Assembly (NCBI GenBank): GCA_965204535.1
Contig: CBDBEV010000001.1
Location: 1,632,001 to 1,696,000, forward strand
From: a bacterium
Lineage (GTDB): Bacteria; UBA8248
Length of the DNA stretch: 64,000 nt
Direction: 5' to 3'
Shown here in pieces: positions 19,740 to 32,251 of the stretch (position 1 is the first letter of the stretch; every line of letters starts with the position of its first letter). A program made the position numbers and the translations under genes. The notes under the pieces are model-generated. The model did no database searches and was not told where the DNA came from. It was given only the letters and a program-made list of their open reading frames with translations.

Positions 19740-19775
19740 CCGCGGGGGGTGCTCGACGCCCCCCGCGGTTTTTTT
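19740..19775 (+). terminator. Rho-independent terminator/attenuator
   Basis: ccgcggggggt / gccccccgcgg stem plus T7; duplicate of the one at 17736. Confidence 0.75.
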
Positions 19776-19814
19776 GCACCTTCAAGGATAAACCGCTTTT
19801 TCTGAGGTTCAGAC

Positions 19815-20822
19815 ATGAAATTCGGCATCTTTTTGTCCGCACAGCAGAACCTGGACGCCAATCTGGTCGACGCGTTCCGCTCCCAAATCGATCTTGTTCG
19901 CCTTACGCGTGACAAGGGTTGGGATTCTTTTTTCACCGGACAGCACTACCTGAGCGAGGGGAACGTGCAGCACCTGCAGAACCTGCCCTTTCTCGCGCGC
20001 TTAAAAGCCGAGGCGGGCGACATGATGCTCGGCCTCGGCGTCTTGCTCATCAATCTGCACAACCCGGTCTACGTGGCGGAGACCGTCGCCACCATGGACG
20101 TCATCGCCGAGGGTAACATGGCGTTCGGCGTCGGCCTCGGCTACCGCGACGTGGAGTTCGACGCCTTCGGCGTCCGGCGGGGAGAGCGGGTGAAGCGCTT
20201 CGTGGACTGCCTCGAACTGGTCAAGCGCCTGTGGACGGAAGAATCCGTTTCGTTCGAGAGCGAATACTGCACGCTGAAAGACGTGCGCATGAACATGCGC
20301 CCCGTCCAAAAGCCTTATCCCCCCATCTGGTTTGCGGCGAACAGCGACCCGGCCGTGAAGCGCGCGGCGCACTTGGGCGATACCCTTCTCATCAATCCCC
20401 ACGCCACCACGCAGACCATCGCGCGCCAGATGGATGTCTACCGCGAAGGCCTGGCGGAGGCGGGAAAATCCATGCCTGAGGAGCTTCCCTGCATGAAGGA
20501 GGTCTTCTGCGCCAGGGACAGGAAAACGGCGCTCGAACTCGCAGGCCCCTACCTCGGCCAGAAATACAAGGACTACGCTCGCTGGGGGCAGGACAAGGCC
20601 CTGCCTGAGGACGAGACCTTCGACCAGCCCTTCGAGGACCTGCTCAAGGATCGCTTCGTCATCGGTTCACCGGAGGATTGCTACGAGCAACTCAAACCCT
20701 ACAAGGATATGGGCGTGAACCACCTCATCATCCGTACGCACTGGATCGGCATGCCCGCTTCCTCGGCGCTGGAAAGCGCGCGGCTCATTTCCGACGAACT
20801 CATGCCCGCGCTGAAAGCATAG
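19815..20822 (+). CDS. LLM class flavin-dependent oxidoreductase (luciferase-like)
   Basis: MKFGIF, NPVYVAETVATMDV, GVGLGYR..EF, PVQKPYPPIW and VIGSPED. Confidence 0.92.
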   Translation: MKFGIFLSAQQNLDANLVDAFRSQIDLVRLTRDKGWDSFFTGQHYLSEGNVQHLQNLPFLARLKAEAGDMMLGLGVLLINLHNPVYVAETVATMDVIAEGNMAFGVGLGYRDVEFDAFGVRRGERVKRFVDCLELVKRLWTEESVSFESEYCTLKDVRMNMRPVQKPYPPIWFAANSDPAVKRAAHLGDTLLINPHATTQTIARQMDVYREGLAEAGKSMPEELPCMKEVFCARDRKTALELAGPYLGQKYKDYARWGQDKALPEDETFDQPFEDLLKDRFVIGSPEDCYEQLKPYKDMGVNHLIIRTHWIGMPASSALESARLISDELMPALKA

Positions 20823-20853
20823 GACGCTCCCGAGCCCGGAAGGAGACACCATC

Positions 20854-22044
20854 ATGGCCTCTGCAAAAGACTTTCCCCGCTACCCGAAAACCGAATACGC
20901 CCGCCGCTACCGCGAGATCAGAAAAAGGATGCGTGCGCGGGGAATCGACGTCCTCATCTTCTACGGGGATTCGGGAATGCAGGGCGGCAATCAGGCCAAC
21001 CTCAAATACGTCACGAACTACAAGGACCCGGTGAGCAGCTTCTTCGTCTTTCCGCTCAGGGGCGCGCCCGCTCTGTTTATTTCGAACCGGCTTTATCTCC
21101 CCTACGCGAAAAAGATGAGCATCATCGCGAAAACAGAGGCCGTGGACTACGAACCGGGCCTTAAGGTCGAAGGACGCATCCGTGAACTGGGGCTTGAGAA
21201 AGGAACCATCGGCCTGGTCGGCTTTCGCGGCATTCTACCCGTCTCCCTGCCGTTCAGCGTGGTGGATCACTGGCGCAAAGCTCTCAAGGGCGCGAGCTTT
21301 ACAGACGCTTCGGACATTCTCGCCGAAGTGAGGCTCATCAAAAGCCGCGAGGAACTCAAGTGGTTCCGGCGCGGGGCGGCGCTTACGGATATGGCTTTTG
21401 AAGCTCTGGACAAGAAAGCAAAAATAGGCATGAGCGAGTTCGAACTCGCCGCCACCATCTCCGGCGCATATGTGCCCAGAGGCGGAAGCCCGCAACTCAT
21501 CTTCGTGGGCTCGACCTCCATGGCGAGGCCGCAGTTGATCTTCCCCAACCAGTTCCCATCGCACCGCAAGATCAGAAAAGGCGACATCGTGCTGACGGAG
21601 TTATCCGCCGATTACGAGATGCACCCCGGCCAGGCGCACCGGCCCATCTCCGTCGGGGTGGAGCCGACGCCCATCTACCGGAAACTCTACGAGGTGGGCG
21701 TGGAGGCCTACGAGCGAATACTCAAGGCGTTGAAACCGGGCAATACGCACGAGGACATCAAGCGCGCGGGCGCCATCATCGAAGAGGAGGGCTTCACCAC
21801 CTTCGACACCACCTTCCACGGCTGGGGGCTGCTCATCGAAAACCCCCGCGTCGACGTGGCCGCCACCATCCTCAAACGGCCCCAGAACGAAATCACCTTC
21901 ACCGAAGGCATGCTCATGGTGATTCAGCCCAACGTCTGCACGGTGGACGGCAAGCGCGGCCTTCAGGTGGGAAACCTCGTGGAAGTCACCAAAACAGGCG
22001 CGCGCACCCTCCAGAAATTCCCCATGAAGTTCATGCGCATATAA
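20854..22044 (+). CDS. M24 (pita-bread fold) hydrolase, creatinase/Xaa-Pro peptidase-like
   Basis: Creatinase-like N-domain, RLIKSREEL, GDIVLTE and FHGWGL; several canonical metal ligands appear substituted. Confidence 0.8.
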   Translation: MASAKDFPRYPKTEYARRYREIRKRMRARGIDVLIFYGDSGMQGGNQANLKYVTNYKDPVSSFFVFPLRGAPALFISNRLYLPYAKKMSIIAKTEAVDYEPGLKVEGRIRELGLEKGTIGLVGFRGILPVSLPFSVVDHWRKALKGASFTDASDILAEVRLIKSREELKWFRRGAALTDMAFEALDKKAKIGMSEFELAATISGAYVPRGGSPQLIFVGSTSMARPQLIFPNQFPSHRKIRKGDIVLTELSADYEMHPGQAHRPISVGVEPTPIYRKLYEVGVEAYERILKALKPGNTHEDIKRAGAIIEEEGFTTFDTTFHGWGLLIENPRVDVAATILKRPQNEITFTEGMLMVIQPNVCTVDGKRGLQVGNLVEVTKTGARTLQKFPMKFMRI

Positions 22045-22083
22045 AAAGCCGCTCTGCAGGCTCATCCTGCGGGGCGGCTCTTT
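22043..22083. terminator. Bidirectional terminator between convergent genes
   Basis: aaaaagccgctctgcagg / cctgcggggcggctcttt inverted repeat with A/T flanks. Confidence 0.7.
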
Positions 22084-22096
22084 ATGATCAAGAGAA

Positions 22097-22540
22097 TCAG
22101 TTGGCCGGCATGGCCGCGATTTTCTTTTCGAGATCCTCGGCGAGGGGAGAACCCAGGCTCTTGAGTTTTCCTAAATCCGCCAGGGCGGCCGCCTTGTTTT
22201 CGGCCATGACGTGGGCGACGCCCCTGTATTCCAGGGCAGGCGCATAGTCGGGCTTGATGGAGAGCGCCCTGTCGTAGGCGGCGATGGCCTCTTTCGCCTT
22301 GCCCATCTTCCTCAGTGAATAGCCCAGCATGTTGAAGGCCTTATAGTGCTCGGCGTCTTCTTCGATCACCTTCCGGAAAAGAGCCGCCGCCTCCGCCCAT
22401 TTTCCTTCTCGCGCCTTTTCCTCTCCTTGCGCATAATTCTGTCCGGCCATCTCGGGTTTGGGGTCGCCTGCCGGATGAGAGGGCGACGCCAGGGTGAGCG
22501 ACATCACGAACGCGAGAGCAACGAAGGATAAAATCTTCAT
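22097..22540 (-). CDS. Secreted tetratricopeptide-repeat protein
   Basis: Signal peptide MKILSFVALAF; TPR helices AFNMLGYSLRKMG..AIAAYDRAL..P. Confidence 0.85.
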   Translation of the reverse strand: MKILSFVALAFVMSLTLASPSHPAGDPKPEMAGQNYAQGEEKAREGKWAEAAALFRKVIEEDAEHYKAFNMLGYSLRKMGKAKEAIAAYDRALSIKPDYAPALEYRGVAHVMAENKAAALADLGKLKSLGSPLAEDLEKKIAAMPAN

Positions 22541-22707
22541 GGCATCATCTCCTGAAAAACGAAACTTTCTCTCAAGGCGGCAACTCAAGGGATTGCGCGC
22601 GTCCGCATCAATGATCGAACGCTACTTTCAGGCTCAGGTATACGACAAAAAAAGAGGGCCGTCATTCACCCCTTCGGGTGAGCGACAGCCCCCAAGTGAA
22701 ATACCCG

Positions 22708-23133
22708 CTAGTTGTTGAGCCCGCTTTGGTTCGCCACGGAAATACGGGTGATGGCGCGCTTCAGAGCCAACTCGGCCCGATCGAAATCGAGTTCTTCCTC
22801 GGCCTTCTGACCCGCCATGCGTTCCTGCGCGCGCTGGCGCGATTCCTGTGCGCGCTCGGCGTCGATGTCTTCGGCCCGTTCGGCGCTCTCCGCCAGGATG
22901 GTTATCTTGTCGGGGCCTACCTCGGCGTATCCCTCGATGATGGATACGAAATACCGCGCGCTGCCCGTGCGGTAGCTGAGCACGCCGACCCCCAACTGGC
23001 ACAGGTAGGGCGTGTGCTGGGACAGCACGCCGAACTCGCCGTAAAACCCCGGGGCCGTCACCTCGTCCACCTCGGCGGAGACGAGCTTGCGCTCGGGCGT
23101 CACGATGTCGAGCATCATTTTGCCTTCAACCAT
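22708..23133 (-). CDS. atpC: ATP synthase F1 epsilon subunit
   Basis: IVTPER, PG..GEFGVL..H; position in operon. Confidence 0.96.
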   Translation of the reverse strand: MVEGKMMLDIVTPERKLVSAEVDEVTAPGFYGEFGVLSQHTPYLCQLGVGVLSYRTGSARYFVSIIEGYAEVGPDKITILAESAERAEDIDAERAQESRQRAQERMAGQKAEEELDFDRAELALKRAITRISVANQSGLNN

Positions 23134-23137
23134 TCTC

Positions 23138-24598
<1,461 letters not shown>

Positions 24599-24645
24599 TC
24601 ATCAGTCGGCTCTTTTCGGGGTTGTCTTCTCTGATCCGTAATCCT

Positions 24646-25527
24646 CTACGCCAGCGCATCGGCGCCGGCCACCACTTCGAGCAACTCCGTGGTGATCGAA
24701 GCCTGGCGCACGCGGTTCATCTGCAACGTCAGCGTCCCTATCATCTCCTCGGCGTTTCTGGACGCGTTGTCCATCGCCGTCATGCGGGCGCCGAACTCGC
24801 TCGCCTCCGCGTCGAGAAGCGACCTGTAGATCTGCACCCGCACGTGCCTCGGCAAGATGCTGTCCAGCACACCCTCCATCGAGGGCTCGTAAATGTATTC
24901 CGCCGCCACGGGCTCGCCCTGATCGTCGAGCGAATCGGGCACCGGAGGCGCCAGAGGCAAAAGCCGCGAGAGCCTCGGGCTCTGGCTCAGAATCGTGCGA
25001 AACTCCGTGGTGATGATGTGGACCTCATCGAAGCCCTCTTCGAGATACGCCCTGGTCATAAGCTCGGCCAGTTGGGTGGCGAGGGCGAAGTCTATCTTCC
25101 CGTAGACGTCCGTGAATTGCTCCTTGAAGGAAAACTCCCGTCGCGCCAGAAAATCGCGTCCCTTGCGGCCCACGACGATGATCTCGGTTTCCTTGCCCTC
25201 TTCCTCGCGCTTCCTCAGGAACTGAAATGCCTGGCGAAGCAGGTTGGTGTTGTAGCCGCCGCAAAGCCCCTTGTCCGAGGTGATGACGAGCAGAAGCACG
25301 CGATCGTCCTTCATGTCGTCTCGAAGAAGGGGGTGCGTGTCCGCCGATACCTTTGCGGCCAGCGAATTCACCAGTTCCTCCATCTTCTCGCTATATGGCC
25401 GGGCGCTCTCGATGCGCTCCTGCGCCCGGCGCACCTTCGAGGCCGCAACGAGCTTCATCGCCCGTGTGATCTGCTGGGTGTTTTTTACGCTGCGTATGCG
25501 GCGCTTGTAATCTCTGGTAGAGGCCAT
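24646..25527 (-). CDS. atpG: ATP synthase F1 gamma subunit
   Basis: ITRAMKLVAASK, DKGLCG and RQASITTEL. Confidence 0.97.
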   Translation of the reverse strand: MASTRDYKRRIRSVKNTQQITRAMKLVAASKVRRAQERIESARPYSEKMEELVNSLAAKVSADTHPLLRDDMKDDRVLLLVITSDKGLCGGYNTNLLRQAFQFLRKREEEGKETEIIVVGRKGRDFLARREFSFKEQFTDVYGKIDFALATQLAELMTRAYLEEGFDEVHIITTEFRTILSQSPRLSRLLPLAPPVPDSLDDQGEPVAAEYIYEPSMEGVLDSILPRHVRVQIYRSLLDAEASEFGARMTAMDNASRNAEEMIGTLTLQMNRVRQASITTELLEVVAGADALA

Positions 25528-25534
25528 TTTCCAC

Positions 25535-27076
<1,542 letters not shown>

Positions 27077-27113
27077 GATTGCCCCCTTGATCCTTCAATT
27101 TATTCAGAGAGTA

Positions 27114-27656
27114 TCAACTCGTAATCAACGTATTCCTTAAATTGCGCAACTGGTTCTTGATGCTGCCGTCCATGACGACGCCGCCCACGCGGCAGACCAA
27201 TCCGCCAATCAGCGTCTCGTCCGTCTCCACCTCCATGAGTACCTCGCTGCCCGTAATCTCGGAGAGCTTCGCCCGCAGCCCTTCGATGGCCTCTGCGTCC
27301 ATGTCATAAGCCGTCTTCACCTGGGCGCGAACACGCCCGCGCCTCTCGTCCGCAAGCTGCTGGTAGCTGTGCGCCATATCGGAGAGTTCGCCGATGCGAT
27401 CCTTTTCGGCCACCACTCGCACGAAATTACGCAACAACTCGTTCGCGCCCGATGCGGCCATGATCTCATCGATTATCTTCACCCGTTCGGCGCGCGCGAA
27501 TCGCGGGTTGAGCAAAACGCGCCGCAACTCCTGGTTTCCCTGAAACTCGCCCGCTATCTCCGTAAGCGCTTCACCGGTCTCGTCCAGAACGCCGCGGCTC
27601 TCGGCGATATCCACCAATGCCCGCGCGTAGCGGCGCGCCGCCTCGCCTCCAATCAC
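27114..27656 (-). CDS. atpH: ATP synthase F1 delta subunit
   Basis: ARRYARAL, LIGG and DGSIKNQL. Confidence 0.95.
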   Translation of the reverse strand: MIGGEAARRYARALVDIAESRGVLDETGEALTEIAGEFQGNQELRRVLLNPRFARAERVKIIDEIMAASGANELLRNFVRVVAEKDRIGELSDMAHSYQQLADERRGRVRAQVKTAYDMDAEAIEGLRAKLSEITGSEVLMEVETDETLIGGLVCRVGGVVMDGSIKNQLRNLRNTLITS

Positions 27657-28255
27657 AGCGACCCTCCGTTTCTATCGTCGAGCCCGGCAAGATAATTCTC
27701 GACGAATCTTTCCTGATCCGCCTCGCCCAGCTCTTTTTTCAGCATCTCCTCGGCCAGGCCCAACGCCAGACTCGCCGCCTGATTCTGAAGTTCCGCGCGC
27801 GCCTTGGAAGCCTCGAGCTCGATGGTCGTTCTCGTCTGCTCCAGCAAGCGCTGGGCCTGATTCTCCTGTTCTTCTTCAAGTCTTTCGCGCATCGCGGCGC
27901 GCTCTTTTCCGCCCTGCTCGCGAACGCGCACGAATTCGGCTTCCAGGTCGGCCACCTTGGAACGTTGCTCGGCGAGCTCTTTTTCCGCTTCCTTGCGGGC
28001 CGCCTCGGAATCCTCGAGCGCCTTGCGAATCCCCTCTCTTCTGTCCTTCAGGAAGTTCCTGATGGGGTGATATGCGACTTTATAGAGAATGCCCACGACG
28101 ATGAGCGTGTTGATGAGCTTGAAGAGTTCTTCGGTAAAACTGAACGCCTTATGATGTGCGCCGGCCTCTGCGGCCCAGACCCATTCTGCTGAAAGCAGAG
28201 CCGCCGCCAGAACCAGGAGGCCCGAAAGGCTGCTGAATTTTTTCTCTGAAAACAC
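27653..28255 (-). CDS. atpF: ATP synthase F0 subunit b
   Basis: N-terminal TM (KLINTLIVVGILY) then charged coiled coil; directly upstream of atpH. Confidence 0.9.
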   Translation of the reverse strand: MFSEKKFSSLSGLLVLAAALLSAEWVWAAEAGAHHKAFSFTEELFKLINTLIVVGILYKVAYHPIRNFLKDRREGIRKALEDSEAARKEAEKELAEQRSKVADLEAEFVRVREQGGKERAAMRERLEEEQENQAQRLLEQTRTTIELEASKARAELQNQAASLALGLAEEMLKKELGEADQERFVENYLAGLDDRNGGSL

Positions 28256-28270
28256 GGCTTGTCGAATCCT

Positions 28271-28849
28271 CTATGCGATACTGCGGCCCGCAAGCCTTGT
28301 GGCGATTTCACTCGCCAATCGGCTGGCGCCACCCTCCAGTTCGGAGGCCGCCTGTTTCGCCTGTGCCGCGATGGACTGGCGCGTTTCCTCGATCTCACGG
28401 CCCGTCCTCTCTCGAATCTCATCGAGGCGATTGCGTGTCGCCTCGGTCATCTCCTGCTGGAGCGCGATGAGGGCTTCGGTGTTCTCGCGCTGAATCTCCG
28501 CCAAGGCGTCCTCATACTGGCTGATGTAACCCGCCGCCTCGCTTCGGTCACGCTCGGCGGTCTTGAGGTCGCCGGTGATCTGCGCGTCGCGCGATTCCAT
28601 GTGGTTTAGCAGGGGTTTGATGAGGATTTTGTTGAGAACGATCAGCAGGATCAGAAAATTGGCCCATTGAATCAGGATAACGACCGGGTTGATGACAAGG
28701 GCGCCGCTACCCACGTTGAAACTTGCGAGCCAGGCGCCGAAGCCGCTGGTGGGTGCGCTCGCCGCCCATGATATGGACGGGGCGGCCAGAAGCATGAGAA
28801 TCGGCGTCAGACCGAAAGCGAATCGTTTCAAACGGAAAAGACGGACCAT
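28271..28849 (-). CDS. ATP synthase F0 subunit b'
   Basis: QWANFLILLIVLNKILIKPL TM plus coiled coil; first gene of the operon. Confidence 0.88.
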   Translation of the reverse strand: MVRLFRLKRFAFGLTPILMLLAAPSISWAASAPTSGFGAWLASFNVGSGALVINPVVILIQWANFLILLIVLNKILIKPLLNHMESRDAQITGDLKTAERDRSEAAGYISQYEDALAEIQRENTEALIALQQEMTEATRNRLDEIRERTGREIEETRQSIAAQAKQAASELEGGASRLASEIATRLAGRSIA

Positions 28850-29172
28850 CGTTTCCTCTGCATCCTGCCCCCTGCCGGGCGCAAACCCACCCCCATGAGG
28901 TCAGGCGCTTCCACGAAAACCGTCGGGGAATGGCATATGAATTCGTATGGTTTTCAGGAGCATATCTAAATGTCCTGCCCCGAAAAACGCCTAAAACTAC
29001 CCACAGCCATGGCCGAAGTCAAGCCCCGGAAGTATTTTTTACAACTTCCTGGATTCAGGAGATTTGCTCTTGGGTCTTCGTGCGCTTCGCCTCCCCTCGC
29101 GGGGAGGATTTGTGTTATTTTCCGGGCAATCTGATAACTCACGTATCGCTTGCCTCATTCATGGAGAGAGCA

Positions 29173-30165
29173 ATGAAACTAGTAACTTTCGAGATCAGCA
29201 CCCCACTCGGAAGCATCTGCCGCGTCGGCGCTCTGTCTCAGGGTACCGACGGGCAAATCGCCATGGACCTCGCTCACGGCTACGCCGCGCTTCTTCAGGA
29301 ACAAGGCGAGGAACCGCGTTTCCGGGAATACGCAGACTTCAGGCTTCCCCAGGACATGTGCGAATTGATGGCGGGTGGGGAACCATCCCTGCAGGCCGCC
29401 CGGTCGGCGCAGGAATTCATCCTCGCCGACACCGCGAGACGCGGACCGGGCGGTGAGCAACTCGTTTTCTCTCTTAAAGAGATTCGTTTGCGCGCTCCGG
29501 TGCCCCGGCCCGTCACGTTTCGCGATTTTCTTATCCACGAAGGCCATAAAGCCGCTGGTGCGCGGCGGCGGAACACCACCATCGACCCCATCTGGTACGA
29601 GCTTCCCTCCTGCTACAAGGGAAACCGCCTGACCATCATCGGCCCGGATGATGAACTCAAATGGCCGCACTACACCGAAAAACTCGACTATGAACTCGAG
29701 CTCGCCATGTTCATCGGAAAGCGCGGCAAGGACATCACACAGGAAAACGCCATGGATCACGTTTTCGGCTACAGCGTGATGAACGACTTCAGCGCGCGCG
29801 ACATCCAGATCAGTGAGATGAAGAACTGGCTGGGACCCCACAAGGGGAAGGACTTCGGAACGGCGATCGGCCCGTGCGTCGTCACGGCGGATGAATTCGA
29901 CCCCACCGACGCAGTGATGATAGCCCGCGTCAACGGCGAGGAATGGAGCCGCGGCAACGCGGGCGACGCCTACTACTCCTGGCCCAGGATGATCGAGTAC
30001 GCCTCCATGGAGGAAGAACTCGTGCCGGGCGAAATGTTCGGCTCGGGCACCGTGGCCACCGGCTGCGGGGCGGACCTCGACAGATGGATAAAACCCGGCG
30101 ACGTCATCGAACTCGAAATCGAGGGTATCGGGGTTCTCAAAAACAAGATTGCGAGAGAGGCTTAA
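29173..30165 (+). CDS. FAH family protein
   Basis: LDYELELAMFIGK, NDFSARDIQ, KGKDF and GSGT; GGAG RBS. Confidence 0.9.
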   Translation: MKLVTFEISTPLGSICRVGALSQGTDGQIAMDLAHGYAALLQEQGEEPRFREYADFRLPQDMCELMAGGEPSLQAARSAQEFILADTARRGPGGEQLVFSLKEIRLRAPVPRPVTFRDFLIHEGHKAAGARRRNTTIDPIWYELPSCYKGNRLTIIGPDDELKWPHYTEKLDYELELAMFIGKRGKDITQENAMDHVFGYSVMNDFSARDIQISEMKNWLGPHKGKDFGTAIGPCVVTADEFDPTDAVMIARVNGEEWSRGNAGDAYYSWPRMIEYASMEEELVPGEMFGSGTVATGCGADLDRWIKPGDVIELEIEGIGVLKNKIAREA

Positions 30166-30689
30166 AGAGCGGGCGGCCATTCGCTCAGTTCTAATTCCCC
30201 GTTCCACATGAGGCCGTGCCGGGGATGGCCGAGCTTGGTCGGAGCACCGAGGGCGCGAACGCGGACGCCTTCGAGCAGGTGCGAAACCTCGGCGATTCTC
30301 CTCTCGTATTTCTGGGAGTCGACGCCGTTCGGATTCCCCCAGGCGACAAGCACCACGTCCGCGCCTTCGAGGCTCCGCGTAATCCACGCATCGTTATCCC
30401 GCCCCACCATCACCCGGTAAGAGTGGCCATTCAACTCTTCGGGATAAGGGGAGCGCAGCGCGAAGAGGTTCACGTAGCGGATGAGATCGAAGCGGTTCCT
30501 GCGCGCCCAGGCTTCGACTTTCCCCACGGTGGGGTCGCTGCTCTCCGCAGACGCTGTGGAGGGATTCTTGAGGATAACGGTGAGCGTCCGCGCCTGCTCC
30601 TCCGCAATCCGCACCTCGAGAAAATAGCGGTACCGTCCGTACGCCCAAGGCGCGCATTCGGTGACTTCCCTCACCTTTTTCGGCGGCAT
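30162..30689 (-). CDS. DUF1643-like protein
   Basis: YRY.L, NPSTA, DPT, VNLFALRS, VAWG and TK.GHPRH motifs. Confidence 0.75.
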   Translation of the reverse strand: MPPKKVREVTECAPWAYGRYRYFLEVRIAEEQARTLTVILKNPSTASAESSDPTVGKVEAWARRNRFDLIRYVNLFALRSPYPEELNGHSYRVMVGRDNDAWITRSLEGADVVLVAWGNPNGVDSQKYERRIAEVSHLLEGVRVRALGAPTKLGHPRHGLMWNGELELSEWPPAL

Positions 30690-30753
30690 GCTTTTCCTTC
30701 CAGCGAAAAGAGAAATACAATGCCCGCCCAGCCATACAGGAGAAAGGACGGCC

Positions 30754-31530
30754 ATGCCATACGAAAACGTATTATATGAAGTCGAGGGGCCCCTCGCCCT
30801 CATCACCATCAACCGCCCCGATCGGCATAATGCCATATCCCTCGCCACGCTGGACGCTCTCCACGCCGCCATCGCCGAAGCGGCCGATGACGAAGCAGTC
30901 CGCGTCATCGTCATCACCGGGGCGGGAGAGAAGGCGTTCGCCTCGGGTTCCGATCTCAAGGAAGTCGAACACCGAAACCTCGCCATTGCGCTCACCCCGC
31001 TGGTGCAGGGCGTGGCGGAGCGCCTGGAGAGAACGCCCAAGGCGACGATTGCCGCGATCAACGGCTACTGCATGGGCGGGGGTCTGGAGGTGGCGCTCGG
31101 CTGTGATTTGCGGGTCGCGACGCCTCAGTCGAAATTCGCCACGCCGGAGGGGAGAATCGGCATCATCCCGGGCGGGGGCGCCACGCAGCGCCTGCCCCGC
31201 CTCATCGGGCGCGCCTGGGCGATGGAAATGCTCCTGATGGGGGAGACTATCGACGCCGAGCGGGCGCTGGAGATCGGCCTCATCACACGGCTGGTCGAGG
31301 CGGAAGAGCTCATGCCCACCGTGAAGAAGATGGCCGATAAGCTGGCGGCCTATGCGCCTTTCGTGCCCCAGTTCATGAAGGCGATGGTGCATTACGGCAT
31401 GGAGGGCAGCATGACGGCGGGTCTGGCGCTCGAGAAATTCGCCCAGGGAGCGCTCTGCGAAACCGAGGATAAGGCGGAGGGTCTGCGCGCCTTCCTTGAG
31501 AAGAGAAAACCCGAATGGAAGGGCCGATGA
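30754..31530 (+). CDS. Enoyl-CoA hydratase/isomerase (crotonase)
   Basis: ITINRP..HNA, AFASGSDL, AINGYCMGGGLE and PE..IGIIPGGGATQRL. Confidence 0.93.
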   Translation: MPYENVLYEVEGPLALITINRPDRHNAISLATLDALHAAIAEAADDEAVRVIVITGAGEKAFASGSDLKEVEHRNLAIALTPLVQGVAERLERTPKATIAAINGYCMGGGLEVALGCDLRVATPQSKFATPEGRIGIIPGGGATQRLPRLIGRAWAMEMLLMGETIDAERALEIGLITRLVEAEELMPTVKKMADKLAAYAPFVPQFMKAMVHYGMEGSMTAGLALEKFAQGALCETEDKAEGLRAFLEKRKPEWKGR

Positions 31531-31531
31531 G

Positions 31532-31954
31532 TTGAGCCTCGAAGTCGCAGGCGTCCTGGAAACGTGCATCTACGCTGAAGATCTTGAAGCGGCGGAGGCG
31601 TTCTACCGCTCCGTTCTGGGGCTGGAGGCGTTTCAGAGAGCGCCCGGCCGCCACGTTTTCTTTCGCTGCGGGCCGCATGCGGTTTTCCTCGTCTTCAACC
31701 CCGAAGCGACCGCCCGGCCCGACGTGAATCTCGGCGTGCCGACGCACGGCGCGGCGGGGCCGGGGCACGTGACGTTCTCCATTCGTGAGGCCGAGATGGC
31801 CTCCTGGCGGGAGCGGCTGGCGGAACAGGGGGTAGGCATCGAGCAGGAGGTCAACTGGCCCGGCGGCGGACGCTCCATCTATTTCAGGGACCCGGCGGGG
31901 AACAGCGTGGAGCTCGCATCCCCTCGCATCTGGCGGCTGCCCGAGCCGACCTGA
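31532..31954 (+). CDS. VOC/glyoxalase family protein
   Basis: ETCIYAEDL..A..FY, GPGHVTF and SIYFRDPAGNSVEL; TTG start inferred. Confidence 0.88.
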   Translation: MSLEVAGVLETCIYAEDLEAAEAFYRSVLGLEAFQRAPGRHVFFRCGPHAVFLVFNPEATARPDVNLGVPTHGAAGPGHVTFSIREAEMASWRERLAEQGVGIEQEVNWPGGGRSIYFRDPAGNSVELASPRIWRLPEPT

Positions 31955-32251
31955 CTTTCAAGTCATTGTAAATACTTTCGTTTCGCGTTCGATCTCCCGA
32001 TTTTATTTTCGTTTATTTATCGAAAGACACGTTCATAGTCCCGCCCTATCGACAATCGTACGATTGAACACCCATAAGCACGATAAACTGCTGTATTCAA
32101 AGCGATAATTATCATATTTTCTTTTTCGTCTCCCCTTGCATTTACGTCATATTTACGCTATAACGGACGCATATTTGAGGCCGGACGTGTGCGATTTGAT
32201 TACGGATCGTCCATATCCTCCGGCCTGTGACACGATTTCCTGGGAGTCCCC

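Noticed and set aside
31955-32251. tRNA or att site at the left border
   Set aside because: No cloverleaf or T-loop/CCA found by eye and no long matching repeat in the window; short ATTTACG repeats and an 11-mer shared with 58125 are too weak to call
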